From the human T2T-CHM13v2.0 reference genome, Homo sapiens: 64,000 nucleotides of DNA. The stretch lies in NCBI RefSeq assembly GCF_009914755.1, contig NC_060926.1. The stretch is one strand, 5' to 3'. This document shows, piece after piece, positions 49,423 through 63,655 of the stretch. Within the stretch, counting starts at the first letter, position 1; every line of letters begins with the position of its first letter. The position numbers were made by a program, and so were the translations under genes. Under the pieces are notes generated by a model. The model worked only from the letters and a program-made list of their open reading frames with translations, did no database searches and was not told the DNA's origin.

Positions 49423-51515
49423 TTTTTTTTTTTTTTTTCAGTTGCAAGATTTAATAGAGTGAAAACAGAGCTTCCATAAAATGGGAGGGGACCCAAAGGG
49501 GGTTGCCGTTGCCGGCTCGAATGCCTGGGTTTATGTCCCAATCATTGTCCCTTCCCCTGTGCTCTCACGTGATAGATGATTGGCTATTTCTTTACCTCCT
49601 GTTTTAGCCTAATTAGCATTTTAGTGAGCTCTCTTTACTACCTGACTGGTCTGGTGTGAGCTAAGTTGCAAGCCCCGTGCTTAAAGGTGGATGCGGTCAC
49701 CATCCCAGCTAGGCTTAGGGATTCTTAGTCAGCCTAGGAAATCCAGCTAGTCCTATCTCTCAGTACCACCTCTCAACAGGAAAACCCAAGTGCTGTTGGG
49801 GAGGTTGGCCAAAGACCGCTCTAACTGCTTCCTGCTGAATTGGGACGTAGTAGGGGTCGTGCAATTGAGATTTCCTCGGGAGGGGTGCCTTCGATGTCAT
49901 TAACATCAGAGCATGGGCTAGCAGGCCGGTCCAGGGGTCCACGGTAGATCTTAGTCATGGACTGCATCTGGGGCTCCATTTGAAGAACGATTTGTAGTTT
50001 TACAGCTTCGATTCTGGAAGAGACAAACTTAACAAGGAGGTTAAAGATACAGGGATTGAAATGTATGGCCTGCAGTGCAGGAGATTATTTCTTTGGCACA
50101 CTTCACAGGCCCTGACTATCTGCTTGATAGTTTTGAAAAGGCCTGGTCCCATAAATAATGATTTGGCCATCTGATGGGTGCTATCAATGGCTAAGTGAAA
50201 GGTTTGGTGAAGGGTTTTAAGTAATTTCCATTGGTTAGCTGCAGGCAAAAGTATTTTCCCTTCTTTGGTGGCTAGCCATCCTGAGGGGACGAAACTATGT
50301 CCCCGTGAGGTTCCCCATTCTATTTCTCCTGCTGAGTACAGAGGGGATTACCCCACACTAGGGGTCCTTCTACAAGCATTTCTAATGGAGGGTCCCACCT
50401 TGTGGCTCTTTTGGCTTCAATATCCACTTGGCAGTTCCCTTCCGATGACCCCGACAGTGTAAGACTGCCACCTCTTTAGGTTTCTGTACAGCTAATAATA
50501 ATCTCCTAATGGCTTCCTGATGTTTGATAGGTGTTCCCTCGGAAGTTAGGAATTCCCTTTCTCTCCATATTGCTGTGTGGGCATGGAGGACTAGGTAAGC
50601 ATACTTAGAGTCTGTATATATATTTACCCTTTTTCCTTTTTACCCTTTTTCCTTCTTCTAATTCTGGTGCCCAAGTGAGGGCTATTAGTTCTGCCAGCTG
50701 AGCGCTAGTTCCTGGAGTGAGGGGATTACTTTCAAGTATTCCATTATCACTGACCACTGCATACCCCGCTTTTCGAAGTCCTTTTTCTACAAAGGAACTT
50801 CCATCAGTATACAAGTTGAGGCCAGGATCAGTCAAGGGAATCTCTAGAAGGTCCCCTCGAGTGGTGAAGGTTTGAGCAATTACTTGTTGACAGTTATGTT
50901 CTATTTTTTTCTTCATTGCCTGGAAGAAATGTGGCTGGATTAAGAGTTGCACAAGTGTGCAGTCGCAGCACTGGTCCCTCAAGTAATAGAGCCTGATGTT
51001 TAAGCAAATGGTTGTCTGACAGCCACAAGTCTCCACACAGTGAGATCTCTTCCCTGTATCATTTTAACTGCTTCAGATACTAAGACTGCTACTGCTGCCA
51101 CTACCAGTAAAAAATGAGGCCAACCCGTTGTCACTGCATCAGTTTCCTTACTCAAGTATGCCATGGGTTGCAAGCTGGTCCCTCGGACCTGTGTAAGGAC
51201 TCCTAGAGCTATTCCTGTTTTTTTCTGTTGCATATAAGGAAAAGTCTTGCCCTGTTGGCAAGCTTAACACTGGGGCTTGGTTAGGGCCTTCTTTAGGGCC
51301 TGGAAAACCACTTCTGCTTCAGGTGTCCATCTTACTAAATGGGTATTGGCTTTCTGAGTTTTCTTAATTAGTGTATATAATGACCTGGCTATTTCGCCGT
51401 ACCTGGGAATCCATATTCGGCAGAAGCCTGTTATGCCAAGGAACCCTCTTAGTTGCTTTAGTGTTTTGGAATGAGGATAAGCCAGTATAGGCTGGATACA
51501 TTTCTCACCAAGGGC
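49423..51515 (-). mobile_element. HERV-W (HERV17) processed, internally deleted copy: pol RT/RNase H/partial IN, env tail, U3-R of LTR17, poly(A)
   Basis: Peptides LRGFLGITGFCRIWIPRYGEIA (RT), LYTDGSSFVEKG...SAQLAELIAL (RNase H) and VRACEVCQRNN (IN zinc finger). Env tail PCIFNLLVKFVSSRIEAV...PNSAGSS* at 49821-50054; poly(T) on + strand at 49423-49438. Confidence 0.9.
49439..49762 (-). mobile_element. LTR17 U3-R (no U5), ending at the poly(A) site
   Basis: Begins tgagagataggactagctggatttcctagg on the - strand after a PPT-like tract; ends ATTAAAtcttgcaactg followed by poly(A). Confidence 0.88.
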
Positions 51516-51632
51516 AAAACTTCTGGTGAGTGTACTCTTTCTGCAGGAAGTAAAAATGGCCTTACTAAATAAATTAAATTTATGTTCAAGTACTATTTCT
51601 TTACAGCACCTGGGAACAAGCATTTCAAACAA
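51516..51632 (+). mobile_element. 3' fragment of another ERV1-like LTR abutting the HERV-W copy
   Basis: aaaaatggccttactaaataaattaaatttatgttcaagtactatttc...gaacaagcatttcaaaca. Confidence 0.4.
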
Positions 51633-53422
51633 CTCCTTACCATTTATTCTCCGGGTCCACATCTCTTCTTAAAGGAATGTGGACTTTCTTCCATGATTAT
51701 CGGCTGTATGAAGAACTGTCTTGGAACCAAGAGAATACATCTTCATAGGATGCAGGCTTCAGGGAGCTAGAATAGAGGAGTGGGGAGCACAAACTGAAAA
51801 GGGTTCCCCTCACTCACTACAGAGGCACAACCCGTAAGGCCAGCCATTCTAAGGACAGGCCAATTTGGGTGGGTGAGGATGCTCGATACGGGAGCGGTCC
51901 AGGAGCACATGTCTGCCGACCTTTGTTCATGTCAGAGGTAGCCCACAGGGCAGTGCTCATTTATATCACCAATCCATAAGAATACATTTTTGTTTTGTCA
52001 AAAAGACAATGTCTATAGAATTATCTGAAACCTGTTTTTTCAGATCTGACTAGAGTGAGTTAGCTATGATCACTTTCCTTCTGGTAGCCACTCAAGGGGC
52101 GTGATAGGCGAGTGAGGTTTATAGAGTGAAAGGAAGACGGCTCATGCAGGATTTGGCTGATGAGTGTTCTATTAGGGTGAGAATTTTGGAAGGAGAAGCT
52201 TTCTGATTGACTTTCAAATACAGTTGGCAATCTGGTTGGTATAATATCTACTGGTACATAACTAGGAAATTTCTAGGCTGAGTGGAATAGTATGAGTTTT
52301 TCTGTTTCAACGGGAAGAATATCTGGTTGTCAGCCTCAGGGTCAGAACTGTACATAAGCAATCCCTTAGTTTGGTGAATGTTATGGCAGAAATTTAGTCT
52401 GAAGTCTAGTCCAAATAAATGTTTTCTATATTCTCATATCTATTTATATGAATCTTATCACATTAAGGCTAGACTGAGACATGTCACAAATTTCTCTCTT
52501 GTGGAATGAAGGTGAAAAAGAGAAATATAAGCATTGGGTGAATGTTGAAATGGATAAGTTCTGAGATTCCTCTTAAAGTTTAGATTCTGATGAGATTTCC
52601 TGAACAGGTGCCTCTCTTGTGGCTCAGGTACCAGAGGGACTCTGTAGAACTCCAGGGGGCCAGGCCCTAGCTCAGCCCTGGCACACACAGGCAGGCCCTA
52701 GAGTAGCCACTAGTGATGAAGGAGGAGGGCAGGAAGCATCCTTGCCCTCCCCAACCCACGACCTGGCTCCCTGTCTCTATCAGCGCTCACATTCCCCATT
52801 CAAACCTCTAGGTCTTGAGCAGATTGTAGGAGGTTCTGGCCCAGTGAACTCACCTGGAACACTCAAATGAAGGAAGTAAAAGGGTGTGAGGCAAGAGGAG
52901 CAGTGACAGCCTTAAGTGTGAGCTAATTCACCCCAAGAGCAAGCAAAAGTGCAAATAAAACTCAAGGGTGTGGAAAAGTGTGGAGTGATGATTAGGATTC
53001 AGGCCTCTCCTTGCCTAGCCTTCCTCCATTCTCTCTCTCTCAACCTCTCACTCTCTCTCTCTCTCTCTCTCTGTCTCTGTCTCATTTAACAGAGCACTGG
53101 ATTGCGAATGGAGTGCAAGTAGAGACTGAGAATCACCACTGTAGTGATTGTATCTGTGTGGCAAATCATCTTAAAGATTTCTTGTATTTGGAAACAATGT
53201 CTAATAAAGAATGGCCAAATACAAAGTTACACTATACAAAAACTATGTCATCAAAAATTATATTGTTCAAGTGAATAATTAGCAATATGAAAATATGTTC
53301 ATAAAATATTAAGTGAAAGAAATTGAATATAAAAGAGTTTGTAAATGTGAATGTGCATACACTTTCAAATAACTGGAGGCATAATATACCAAATAGTTAA
53401 TTAGTTAATAATGGTTATCTTT

Positions 53423-53782
<360 letters not shown>

Positions 53783-54524
53783 TCATTTTCTTCTTTTTGT
53801 TTTCTCTGTATTTTCTATAATTAAGTATCACTTTTGTACTAAGAAAAACATGTATTATCGGAATCCCGTCTGCCTCATTGACATCATCCAAATGTTTGCT
53901 TAGTCTAATTTATCAAGAAATTGAAGATAATATATTTATAATTGAAATAAATGTTTTCCTAACACCAGGAAAGAGGAACTAAAGCATTTGCCAAGAGCCT
54001 AACTTGGTCAGATACCGGAATGGCCTGAGGGACTATTTGCTTTGCAGCATTGTTAATCTCCAGATCGCAGAGACATAAACATTTACAAGTCTTCCGAAGG
54101 TCATGCAATCACTGGAAGCTGGGCAGTATATACTTGTAAGAACTGGACAAAGCAGAAAAATCTGGATTCTTGTAGGAACTCTATCATGGTCCACGGGTGT
54201 AATCTTGGGCAAGCCGCTTAATCTCTCCATCTGCTACAAAAAACAGGTCCTTTTATATTCACTCACCAATTAGTGATTGAGGATGTCTTGTGTGCACTGC
54301 TCCTAGGCACTGCCTGGGGCTCATGCTGAAAGCTATGAATCTGTTATTTTATAGACTATTGCAGCCAGTTTAATTCATACACCATTTCCATCCTTCAGCA
54401 CAGAATTACCTACAATTCTCATGGCTTACAACTGGAATAAACCTTTGTAATCTAGGTATCGAGGGCTCCAAAAAAGAGAGACAGTTAGTAGGCTTTGTAA
54501 AAGTGACAAAAGAGGCAAAAATGG

Positions 54525-54845
54525 GACCAGACACAGTGGCTCACAGATATAATCCCAGCACTTTGGGAGGCTGAGGCGGGCCGACCACTTGAGGCCAGGA
54601 GTTCAAGACCAGCCTGGCCAACATAACAAAACCCAGTCTCTATTAAAAATACAAAAAATTAGCCAGGTGTGGTGGCACACACCTTTAATTTCACCTACTC
54701 TGTAAGCTGAGGCAGGAGAATCGCTTAAACCCGGGAGGCAGGAAGCGAAGGTTGCTGTGAGCTGATATTGTGCCACTGCACTTAAGCCTGGGCAACAGAG
54801 TGAAACTCTATGTCAAAAAAAAAAAAAAAAAAGAAAAGAAAGAAA
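54525..54845 (+). mobile_element. AluS
   Basis: Alu dimer. Confidence 0.85.
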
Positions 54846-56324
54846 GGCAAAATAGGGTAAGGAATAGACTGAGTAAAGAGTTAGAGATGGGTCAGAACAG
54901 AATCCACTTGGCCCAGATTAGCTTGGAGGGCAGGGAGGAGGGATGAAACCCTGAGCAAAAAGCAATAAGAGAAATTACAGATCACGGTGGTAAATTCCCA
55001 AACATGGTGTTTTAAATACCTTATTTACCACAATGTACAATTCATTATTCTTTTCTAGCAACTATAATCCGTACTAGTGTTTATGTGTTTGCTATTATTG
55101 CAAGAGAAGGAGAGGTTGAGCAAAACACCTTTGAAGATCTAATACTGTACACAGTGGTTAAGGTCACAGGTTTTAAAAGATATGGGGACTATGGGCCAAA
55201 AGCCATAGAGACTGGTTTTTGTTCCATGAAAAAAATGACATAAACTAAACATGATCATAAAAAACACCATAGTGTCCGGAAAAGTTATTTGTTTGCTTCT
55301 CAGAAGATATTTCCATACATTGCTAAGCACAATGGTTTGCTCTATTTTGTTTTTGATATATCATAATTTGATTGTCTTTTGTGATCGCACAAAAATTTTG
55401 TGCAGTTAATTGTTTTTCCTCATTGTACAACAAAGTGCTCATTAAGAAAATTCAAAGGGCTGTTAGTAACAAACAATTAGAAAGCAAACTATTTGGAAAC
55501 ATGCTCCCATGAGGATATGCACTCACATTTGAACACATATACACACAGATACAGATAAATGCCATCTAACCAAAAGAAATGTGAGGTATTCAATTAGCAA
55601 AACTGATCATTAACCAGAAATTTAACTATAAAGCCAAAAATACCTTTGAGCAAAAGTTGGTGAGCACATTTTTTCTTTGTGAGAGACCAAAGAGCTCCAT
55701 ATTATGCAATGTCAAAGAGCTCCCCTCAGCTCAGCTGTCTTAGCCAAACATAGGGCTAGCAAGGTAAAGGTATGTTGTATGTTAAGTTAGATAGAGGGTT
55801 GATAGGAATATAGAACCTAGTTATATGCTCTGAAATCAGGACAGAAGGTGTTTCCAGCCATTATGAGAGTTTGATCTGATAAGAGAACACTTATGAACAA
55901 AACAAACTCATATTTTATTATACAAAAAATAATAAAGCTTCTTGATTCATAACCCACATGCCTGATGGGCTCCCTTCCTTGTGTCAAGAAGCTAGGAAAG
56001 CTCAACTGAGACAATTAATAACATGTCATAGCTTTACATTGCCTTACAGATTGTACATTATATATAATGTATTTAAGTATGTAAAGTACAGTCACTTTAT
56101 GGTCCCAAGCTTTATCCCTTACTAATTGTGAGAACTTCAGCAAGTTCTCTGAATTATAGCTTATGCATCTATAAAATGGAGCTAAGGATACCTTAATATT
56201 GGTGGTTTTAAAACAGGTCCTCAAATTCTTTGACACTCTTTCCCATCAAAAGATAGAACCCTATTCTCCTCTCCTTAAACATGGGCCAGGCTTAGTGACT
56301 CACTTGTAAAGAATCGAAGACAAG

Positions 56325-56610
56325 ACTGGTGCAGTGGCTCGTGTCTGTAATCCCAGCGCTTTGGGAGGCCAAGTTTGAAGCCAGGAGTTCAAGACAAGCT
56401 TGGCCAACATAGCAAGACCCCATCTCTACTAATAAAATAAAAATTAACCAGGCATGGTGGCACACACCTGTAGTCCCAGCTACTCAGGAGGCTTAGGTGG
56501 GAAGATCGCTTGAGCCCAGGAATTCAAGACTGCACTGAGCTATGATCTGCCACTTGCACTCTAGCCTATGCAACAGAGCAAGACCCCATCTCTAAAACAA
56601 ACAAACAAAA
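56325..56610 (+). mobile_element. AluJ-like
   Basis: Alu dimer. Confidence 0.8.
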
Positions 56611-56664
56611 CAGGAAGGCAGCAGACAATACTATGCGACTTCAGGGACTAGGTTTCCTAGCTCG

Positions 56665-56698
<34 letters not shown>

Positions 56699-56761
56699 TG
56701 CAATGCTTGCTCTGGGAACCCAACCACCTTGTCATTTGATGGGGAAATCAAACACTACATG

Positions 56762-57147
56762 TGTATTAATCCATTTTCACATGCTATAAATAAATATTTG
56801 AGAGTGGGTAATTTATAAAGGAAAGAGTTTTAATTGACTCACAATTCACACGACTGGGGAGGCCTCAGGAAACTTGCAATCATGGCAGAAGGGGAAGCAA
56901 ACGCGTCCTTCCTCACATGGCAGCAGGAGAGAGAAGTGCCAAGCAAAGTGGAGAAAAGCCCCTTATAAAACCATCAGATCTCATGAGAACTCACTCACTA
57001 TCATGAGAACAGCATGGGGGGAAACCAACCCCATGAGCCAATCACCTCCCTCCCTCAACATATGGGGATTACAGGTCCCTCCCTCCACACATAGGGATTA
57101 CAATTTGACATGAGGTTTGGATGGGGACAAAGAGCCAAACCCGATCA
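56762..57147 (-). mobile_element. Solo THE1/MST MaLR LTR
   Basis: tgtattaatccattttcac...ggaggcctcaggaaacttgcaatcatggcagaagg...tca; 5-bp TSD acatg. Confidence 0.85.
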
Positions 57148-57980
57148 ACATGGAAAAGTCACGTGTTGATATTTGGACAACAGTTCTGCATGAGCTCCCA
57201 GCTAACAGCCAACATCAGCCAACCGGACACGTGAATGAGTGAGTTTTGAGTTTATTCTAGCCCCCAATCTTTGAACCACCCCAGCTGACACTGAGTTGAG
57301 CAGAGATAAACCGTCCCCTCTAAGTTCTTTCCAAATTTTTTTTTTTGTTTTTGGAGACGAAGTCTTGCTCTGTCGCCCAAGCTGGAGTGCAGTGGCACAA
57401 TCTCACCACACTGCAACCTCTGCCTCCTGGGTTCAATCTTCACCGGGAAGCCATTTCATTTGCCGTATGAAGAAGCTAGAAAGGAGAAACTTTTATTTTC
57501 AAACCCAGCAATTCCTGGCCCCTCTATATTTCACAGTTCTCTTTCACTTCTCTCTTTCTCTTGAAGTTTACTATACTCAGTGAGAAAAACCAGGCAGCTT
57601 CTTCAACACTTTTCCCAAAAATCTCCTTAGATAGACGGTTCAGTTAACTTGGTATATTTTCTATTCTCCATGTTACCACAGGTGACAGTGTTGCTAAACT
57701 TTTTGCTGCTATATGACAGCTCTCAGTAACATTTTCCTCGCTTTCCCATAAGCCCTAACCAATAACTTCTTCAAGAACCATGAGGTTTCCACTAACAGTC
57801 TCTTGAAGACTCTCAAATTCTGCCTGCCACCCAGTCCTGAAGCCATTGCCACACGTTAGCAGTTTTTGCTGTGCTACCAAACTCTGTTCCAGTTATCTAT
57901 TGCTGCATAACAAACCACCCCAAAATTTAATAAATTAAAACAGTAACAACATCTATTTATTCATGAATCTACAATTTGAG

Positions 57981-58301
<321 letters not shown>

Positions 58302-58717
58302 TTATTTTTGGGCATGACTATAAGACTCTTTGCTGAGACCTCAGAAAGTCCATAAGGTGTTGTTTCATAGGCCCTTTCAAGCAGACAAAAGGCCTAGCAA
58401 CTTTTTTGTTTGTTTGTTTGTTCCTTCTTTATTTGTTTTCAACACACCATTGCTGGCTTGAAAGGCCTACAGATCTCAAGGGAATTATTGGACCGCAGCT
58501 TTAGGAGAAGGGAGAGAAGGGCTAAAGGAGATTTATTGGTATGGGTTTTGCCTAATGGAGTTAGTTATAAATTGATTAATAAGAAGACTATATATACATA
58601 TTTTAAAAGAATTAGAATTAGCTTGGAGTGAAAGGGACATTCAGGCCTTTGGATTCCAGGCTTCTAAGAGCAGGAAGCAATCTAAAAAGACTGTCACTCA
58701 GCTGCAAACATGGGCTA

Positions 58718-59032
58718 CTTTTTTTTTTTCTTTTTTTTGTTTTTTTGAGATGGAGTTTCGCTCTTGTTGCCCAGGCTGGAGTGGCATGGTGTGATCTCGG
58801 CACACCTGCAACCTCCACCTCCCAGGTTCAAGCGAGATTCTCCTACCTCAGCCTCCCGAGTAGCTGGGACTACAGGTACGCGCCACCACACCTGGCTAAT
58901 TTTGTATTTTTAGCAGAGACAGGGTTTCTCCATGTTGGTTATGCTGGTCTGGAACTCCAGACCCCAGGTGATCTGCCCACCTAGGCCTCCCAAAGTGCTG
59001 GGATTACAGATGTGAGCCATTGCACCCAGCCC
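58718..59032 (-). mobile_element. AluSp/Sq-like
   Basis: Dimer; TSD aacatgggctactttt. Confidence 0.85.
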
Positions 59033-60101
59033 AACATGGGCTACTTTTAATGGAAAAGAAAGAATGGCTCAGAAGGTGGGACCGAGAGTGCAGTGGGTGG
59101 AGCCAAAAGCAAGGTGGACAACTTCCAGGTGTAGGACCAAGCCCTATCAAGGAACTGGCAACATACGCTCAGCTGGATTTCAGAATCGCTGTGCGCCAGT
59201 GGCTGCTGTGTGCCTCCCATTTCCCCCCTTTTTGAACAGAAGCGTCTACAGCGATTATCCTGTGCTTGCTCCACTATTGTACAATATATTGGGTGCAGTG
59301 AGCAGAGAGGCAGCTTGTCCTTTGATTCCCAAGTCTTCAGGTGGAGAGGAACTGCACTGCAGGGGCTCTACTCCAGGAACAGCACCCAAGGAGCCTCAGC
59401 CACTCCTGCAGCTGATTTATATGTCAAGATCATGGACCTTGAGCCCCAGCCTGATGCTACAGGAGATACAATGTTTAAGGGGTTTAGGGCAGGGGAGTGA
59501 GTCTACTTTGCATGTAGGGGAAAATGTAGGTAATGTATGTCCAACGGGCAAATTGTGATGATTTTAAAATATGTCCACAAATTCTATGATATTCTTCTCA
59601 GCAGAAGGTAGAGCCTAATTCCCCTTCCCTTGAATCGTGGCTGGCCTCAGCAACTAACTTTTAACCCATAAAATATGGCAGAAGTGAATCTGTAAGATTT
59701 CTCCGAGGAGGTCACCAAAGGGGACACAGCTTTTGCCTTCTTCTCTTCTCTCTGGGGACGTTTACCTTCGGAACCCAGCCAGCACTGTGTGAAAAAGCCA
59801 AGGAGCCCCATGGAAAGGTCAAGTGGAGGGGCTGTGGCCATAGGCCCTGCTGAGCTCCCAGCACCAACTAGCTGACCTGTGAGACTTCAGATGATTCCAG
59901 CCACCAGCCTCAAATCACCCCTGCTGATGCCAAGAGAAGCAAAGACAAACTGTCCTTCTCAAGCCCTGCCCAAATTACAAATTAATGAGCAAAATAAATG
60001 CAGTCATTATGTTAAGGAACAAAGTTTAGAGTGATTTGTTATGCAGCAACAGGTAACCAGATATTGATATGCAAATGCCTACTCAGAATATCCACATTAT
60101 C

Positions 60102-60390
60102 GGTCAGGTACAGTGGCTGATACCTATAATCCCAGCACTTCAGGAAACTGAGATGGGATCGTTTGAGACCAAGACCAGCCTCAGCAACACAGTGAGATCC
60201 CATCTCTATAAAAATTAAAAAATTAGCAGGGTGCAGTGGCACATACCTGTGGTTCCAGCCACTTGGGAGGTTGAGGTGGGAGGATTGCTGAGCCGAGGTG
60301 GTTGAGGTTGCAGTGAGCCATGATCATGCTACTGCACTCCAGCCTAGGTAACAGAGCAAGACCCTGTCTCCAAAGAAAGAAAGAAAAAAA
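60102..60390 (+). mobile_element. AluJ-like
   Basis: Alu dimer. Confidence 0.8.
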
Positions 60391-60554
60391 ATCCACATAT
60401 TGAAATACAATCTTGCAGCAGTTGCAACATTTTATACATTCTGAATTACAATGGCTTCATGGTCCCCAGCTTTATCACTTACTAATTGTGGGACCTTCAG
60501 CAAGTCAGTCTCCTGAGCTTTAGTTTCTGTAGCTGTAAAGTAAAGATTAGAATA

Positions 60555-61010
60555 CCTGTCATTTTATTTTTCCAGCTTTATTGAGGCATAATTGACATAT
60601 AAAACTATATATATATATATTCTTTTTCTCTTTCTTTCTCTCTCTCTTTCTTTCTTTCTTCTTTCTTTTTTTTTTTGAAATAGGGTCTTGATCTGTTGCC
60701 CAGGGTGGAGTGAAGTGGCACAACCATAGCTCACTACAGCCTTGACTTCCTGGGTGCAAACAATCCTCCTGCCTCAGCCTCCCAAAGTGCTGGGGTTACA
60801 GATGTGTGCCACCATGCCTGGCCAAAATTATATATATTTAAGGAGTACAGTGTGATGACCAATATACTATACATTGTGAAATGATTACCACAATCAAGTT
60901 AGTTAACACATTCATCACCTACAAAGCCTACCACTTGTGTGTGTGTTTAGTGAGAACACGTAAGATCTACTGTCTTAGCAAGTTTTAAGTACACAATACC
61001 ATATCATTAA
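60555..61010 (-). mobile_element. L1MA 3' fragment interrupted by an Alu piece (~60625-60823)
   Basis: cagctttattgaggcataattgac; acattgtgaaatgattaccacaatcaag. Confidence 0.65.
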
Positions 61011-61015
61011 CTAGA

Positions 61016-61300
61016 GTTATAGGACTTTCTCCTTAGTTCAGCTGAAAGCCTCGTTCTTGTCACATGGCCATGAGAGATTAGGTTCACAGACAATTTGGAG
61101 GATGAGAAAAATGGAATTTATTAGGCAAAAAGGAAAAAAAAAAAGGGAAACGGACTCTCGACAGAGTGAGAGTCCTGCTAGCTGGTTTTCCAGAATCACA
61201 GATTGAATTCCAGGTTCCACCCTGGAACCGGAGAGGCCAGCTCCTCTCTGCCTGCAAATGGGGCGAAATTCCGGAGGCTCCACCCCAGTGCGCACTCCTT
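61016..61300 (-). mobile_element. ERV1 LTR (MER61-like)
   Basis: ggactttctccttagttcagctgaaag...gattgaattccaggttccacc...ccaccccagtgcgca. Confidence 0.6.
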
Positions 61301-61409
61301 GGCTGTCTCAGTCTCCATGTTGTATATCAGTACTTGTCTTATTTTAGAAAATCAACTGTGAAAGCCATGTAGCAAGAAGAAAAATGGTAATATATTGTAG
61401 GCTATTGTT

Positions 61410-61760
61410 CTGTGAAATGGCCATATATGCAAAGCTGCTCCCAAATGCTGAAGAGCCAAGAAACCAAAGAAGGTGGCCAACAAATCCAGTGTGTCAGTAA
61501 AGGGTATTTTATTGGGGAACTTACAGACAGAAGCGTGGTCTTGGGCAGCAGCAAGACAGGTAGATCTCTGCACTGTTATTGAACAGGCAAGAAGGCTGTG
61601 CATCATGTCCTATAATTTGTGTGATAACATCAAAGTTGACATGTTCTTAGACTAAGGACAGCAAATAAAGTAGGAAGCAGGAGGCATTCACGGGACTGGA
61701 GCTAATCAGAAGTCAACCGGACAGGTTAGCATCTAAGAGGGATCCACTTTTGTCTCCATA
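61410..61760 (-). mobile_element. ERV1-class LTR, subfamily uncertain
   Basis: Minus strand ggagacaaaagtg...gatgctaac...gttgacttctgattagc; AATAAA on the - strand near 61510. Confidence 0.45.
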
Positions 61761-62299
61761 GTTATAACGCTAAAATCAAATGATTACAACTTTAAGTGTG
61801 TATAGAAGAGAAGTAGAGGGATTAGAGGAGTGGGTGGGGATGATTTTTTCTTCCATTACCCAAATTTTCTATAATATTTTTACTTTAGTAATCCAAAGAA
61901 ATGCATATATTTTAAAAATTTTTTATTGTGCATTTCCAGTCCATACCCAGTTAGTTCTTTTCACTGACCTCCCTTCCTGTTAAATCGGGTGAAGTGGCTT
62001 GGAAGAGGAGCAGGGATGAAGCAGTATCCTATTTCTTGGAGCTTAGGGATCAACAGAGAATTAACTCTAGGACCCAGATTGCCTGCCTTCCCAACCTATG
62101 CCCAATTCCTTGCCCTGTAACCCTCCAATACTAGTTAGTTCTCACCTATATAAGCTGAGTATTGGATCCAGTGCCACATTAAATGCCCATTATTTGTGTA
62201 AGCAGAAGTTGCAGCTTTCTGAGCTTAGAGGCGATGTCATCCAGTGGTTGGAGGAGTTGGTCAAAATGCATGGGTTGGACACCTACCTCCACCATGTAT

Positions 62300-62650
62300 T
62301 GCCTGGGGGCTTGGCAGATGTAATTAAGGACCTCAAGGTGAGATCATTCTGGATCAGGTGGGCCCTAAATCCAATGACAAGTGTCCTTCTAAGACAGGAA
62401 GACACAACAGAGAGCAGGAGGCCATGTGAAGACAGAAACAGAGATTCACAAGCCAAGGAATGCCTTGGGCCACCAGAAGCTGGAAGAAGGAAGGAACACA
62501 TTCTCTCTTAGAGCCCCAGAGAGAGCCCAGCCCAGCCCACCTCTTGATTTCAGAGTTCTGGCCTCCAGAACTCTGAGAGAATAAATTTTCGTTTTATTAA
62601 GTCACCCAGTTTGTGGTTGTTTGCTACGACAATTCTGGGAAATTAATATG
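62300..62650 (+). mobile_element. MaLR LTR fragment (MLT1B/C-like)
   Basis: gcagatgtaattaagg...ccctaaatccaatgacaagtgtcctt...tggcctccagaactctgagagaataaatt. Confidence 0.7.
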
Positions 62651-63621
62651 ATGGATGGGTCTCACAATCCTAATACTGAAAGAAAAAAATCCAAGTTACA
62701 GAAAACACGGATACCATCTCAACAGCGTTTCAGAAACGTGAAACCCGTACATTGTACCGTTTAGGAACACATATGTATCGGCAAAAGCGTAATGAAACAA
62801 ATGGGAATGATGAACACCAAATTTAGAGAAGTGGAAACTGTAAAGAGAAGGAAGGGAATACAGCTGAGGGGGCACAAAGGCTTCACCTGTTTGGATGGTA
62901 ATGCGTTTCCCAAGCTGAGTGGCAGAGTCAAGTAGAATCAGTATCATAGGTTTACACCTTTGTGTAGGACTTAACTATTTCATTACAATAAAATTTAAAA
63001 GGGAAGAAATGAAAAAGGACAAAAAGGAAGGTTAATAGCACATTGAAGATGGGGGAGCTTCTTTCTTGGATAAACATACAACCATTCAAGGTCAAAGCGG
63101 GATGATTTGGTGCATATGTATCTCCTGCTACTTAATAACCAGGTGAAATTCAGTTTGTTAATATTCAGTGTTCTGATGTTGCTTATAAATAATTCCAACA
63201 GTAACCTTTTCATTGGAAAAACACCTGTACAGTGCCAACTCTGATTACTCCCTGTGGATATTGCTTAGCTAAAAATTAATATATCATACTTTCTAGAATG
63301 ACAGACTGTGGGCTGGAATAAGAGAAAACAGTAATTTATAAGATGGAGTAATTATTGGAGGATTCAGGTACCATTTACTGACTTTTTTTCTTTATCCTGA
63401 AGCCAACAAAATTATCGAGTCCACATTCTCAGTCTTTTATTAGCCTTAATCTTAGGTTGTCTATCAAAAACAATATTTCTGTGGATTAATAAACACCACA
63501 AACGCATAATAAACTGCACAGGCCCCTGGTGTTCCTAGGCAATACGTGAGCTAAGCTGAAGACCATCAAAGTGAGCTGGCCAGCGCTTGCTACCTCGGCG
63601 TGGCTGAGGCCTCCTCGCTGG

Positions 63622-63655
63622 CTGCACTACCGATAATATGCACGAGGTGGCAGCA
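63622..63655 (+). promoter_or_regulatory. Candidate CTCF site with upstream module
   Basis: CTGCACTACC-gataat-ATGCACGAGGTGGCAGCA in a locally CpG-retaining patch. Confidence 0.55.

Noticed and set aside
50000-51662. Functional retroviral pol gene
   Set aside because: Split across several frames by frameshifts, stops and deletions; 5' RT and most of IN are missing.
51900-51940. p53-like half sites (acatgtct, tcatgtca)
   Set aside because: Both deviate from RRRCWWGYYY and are widely spaced.
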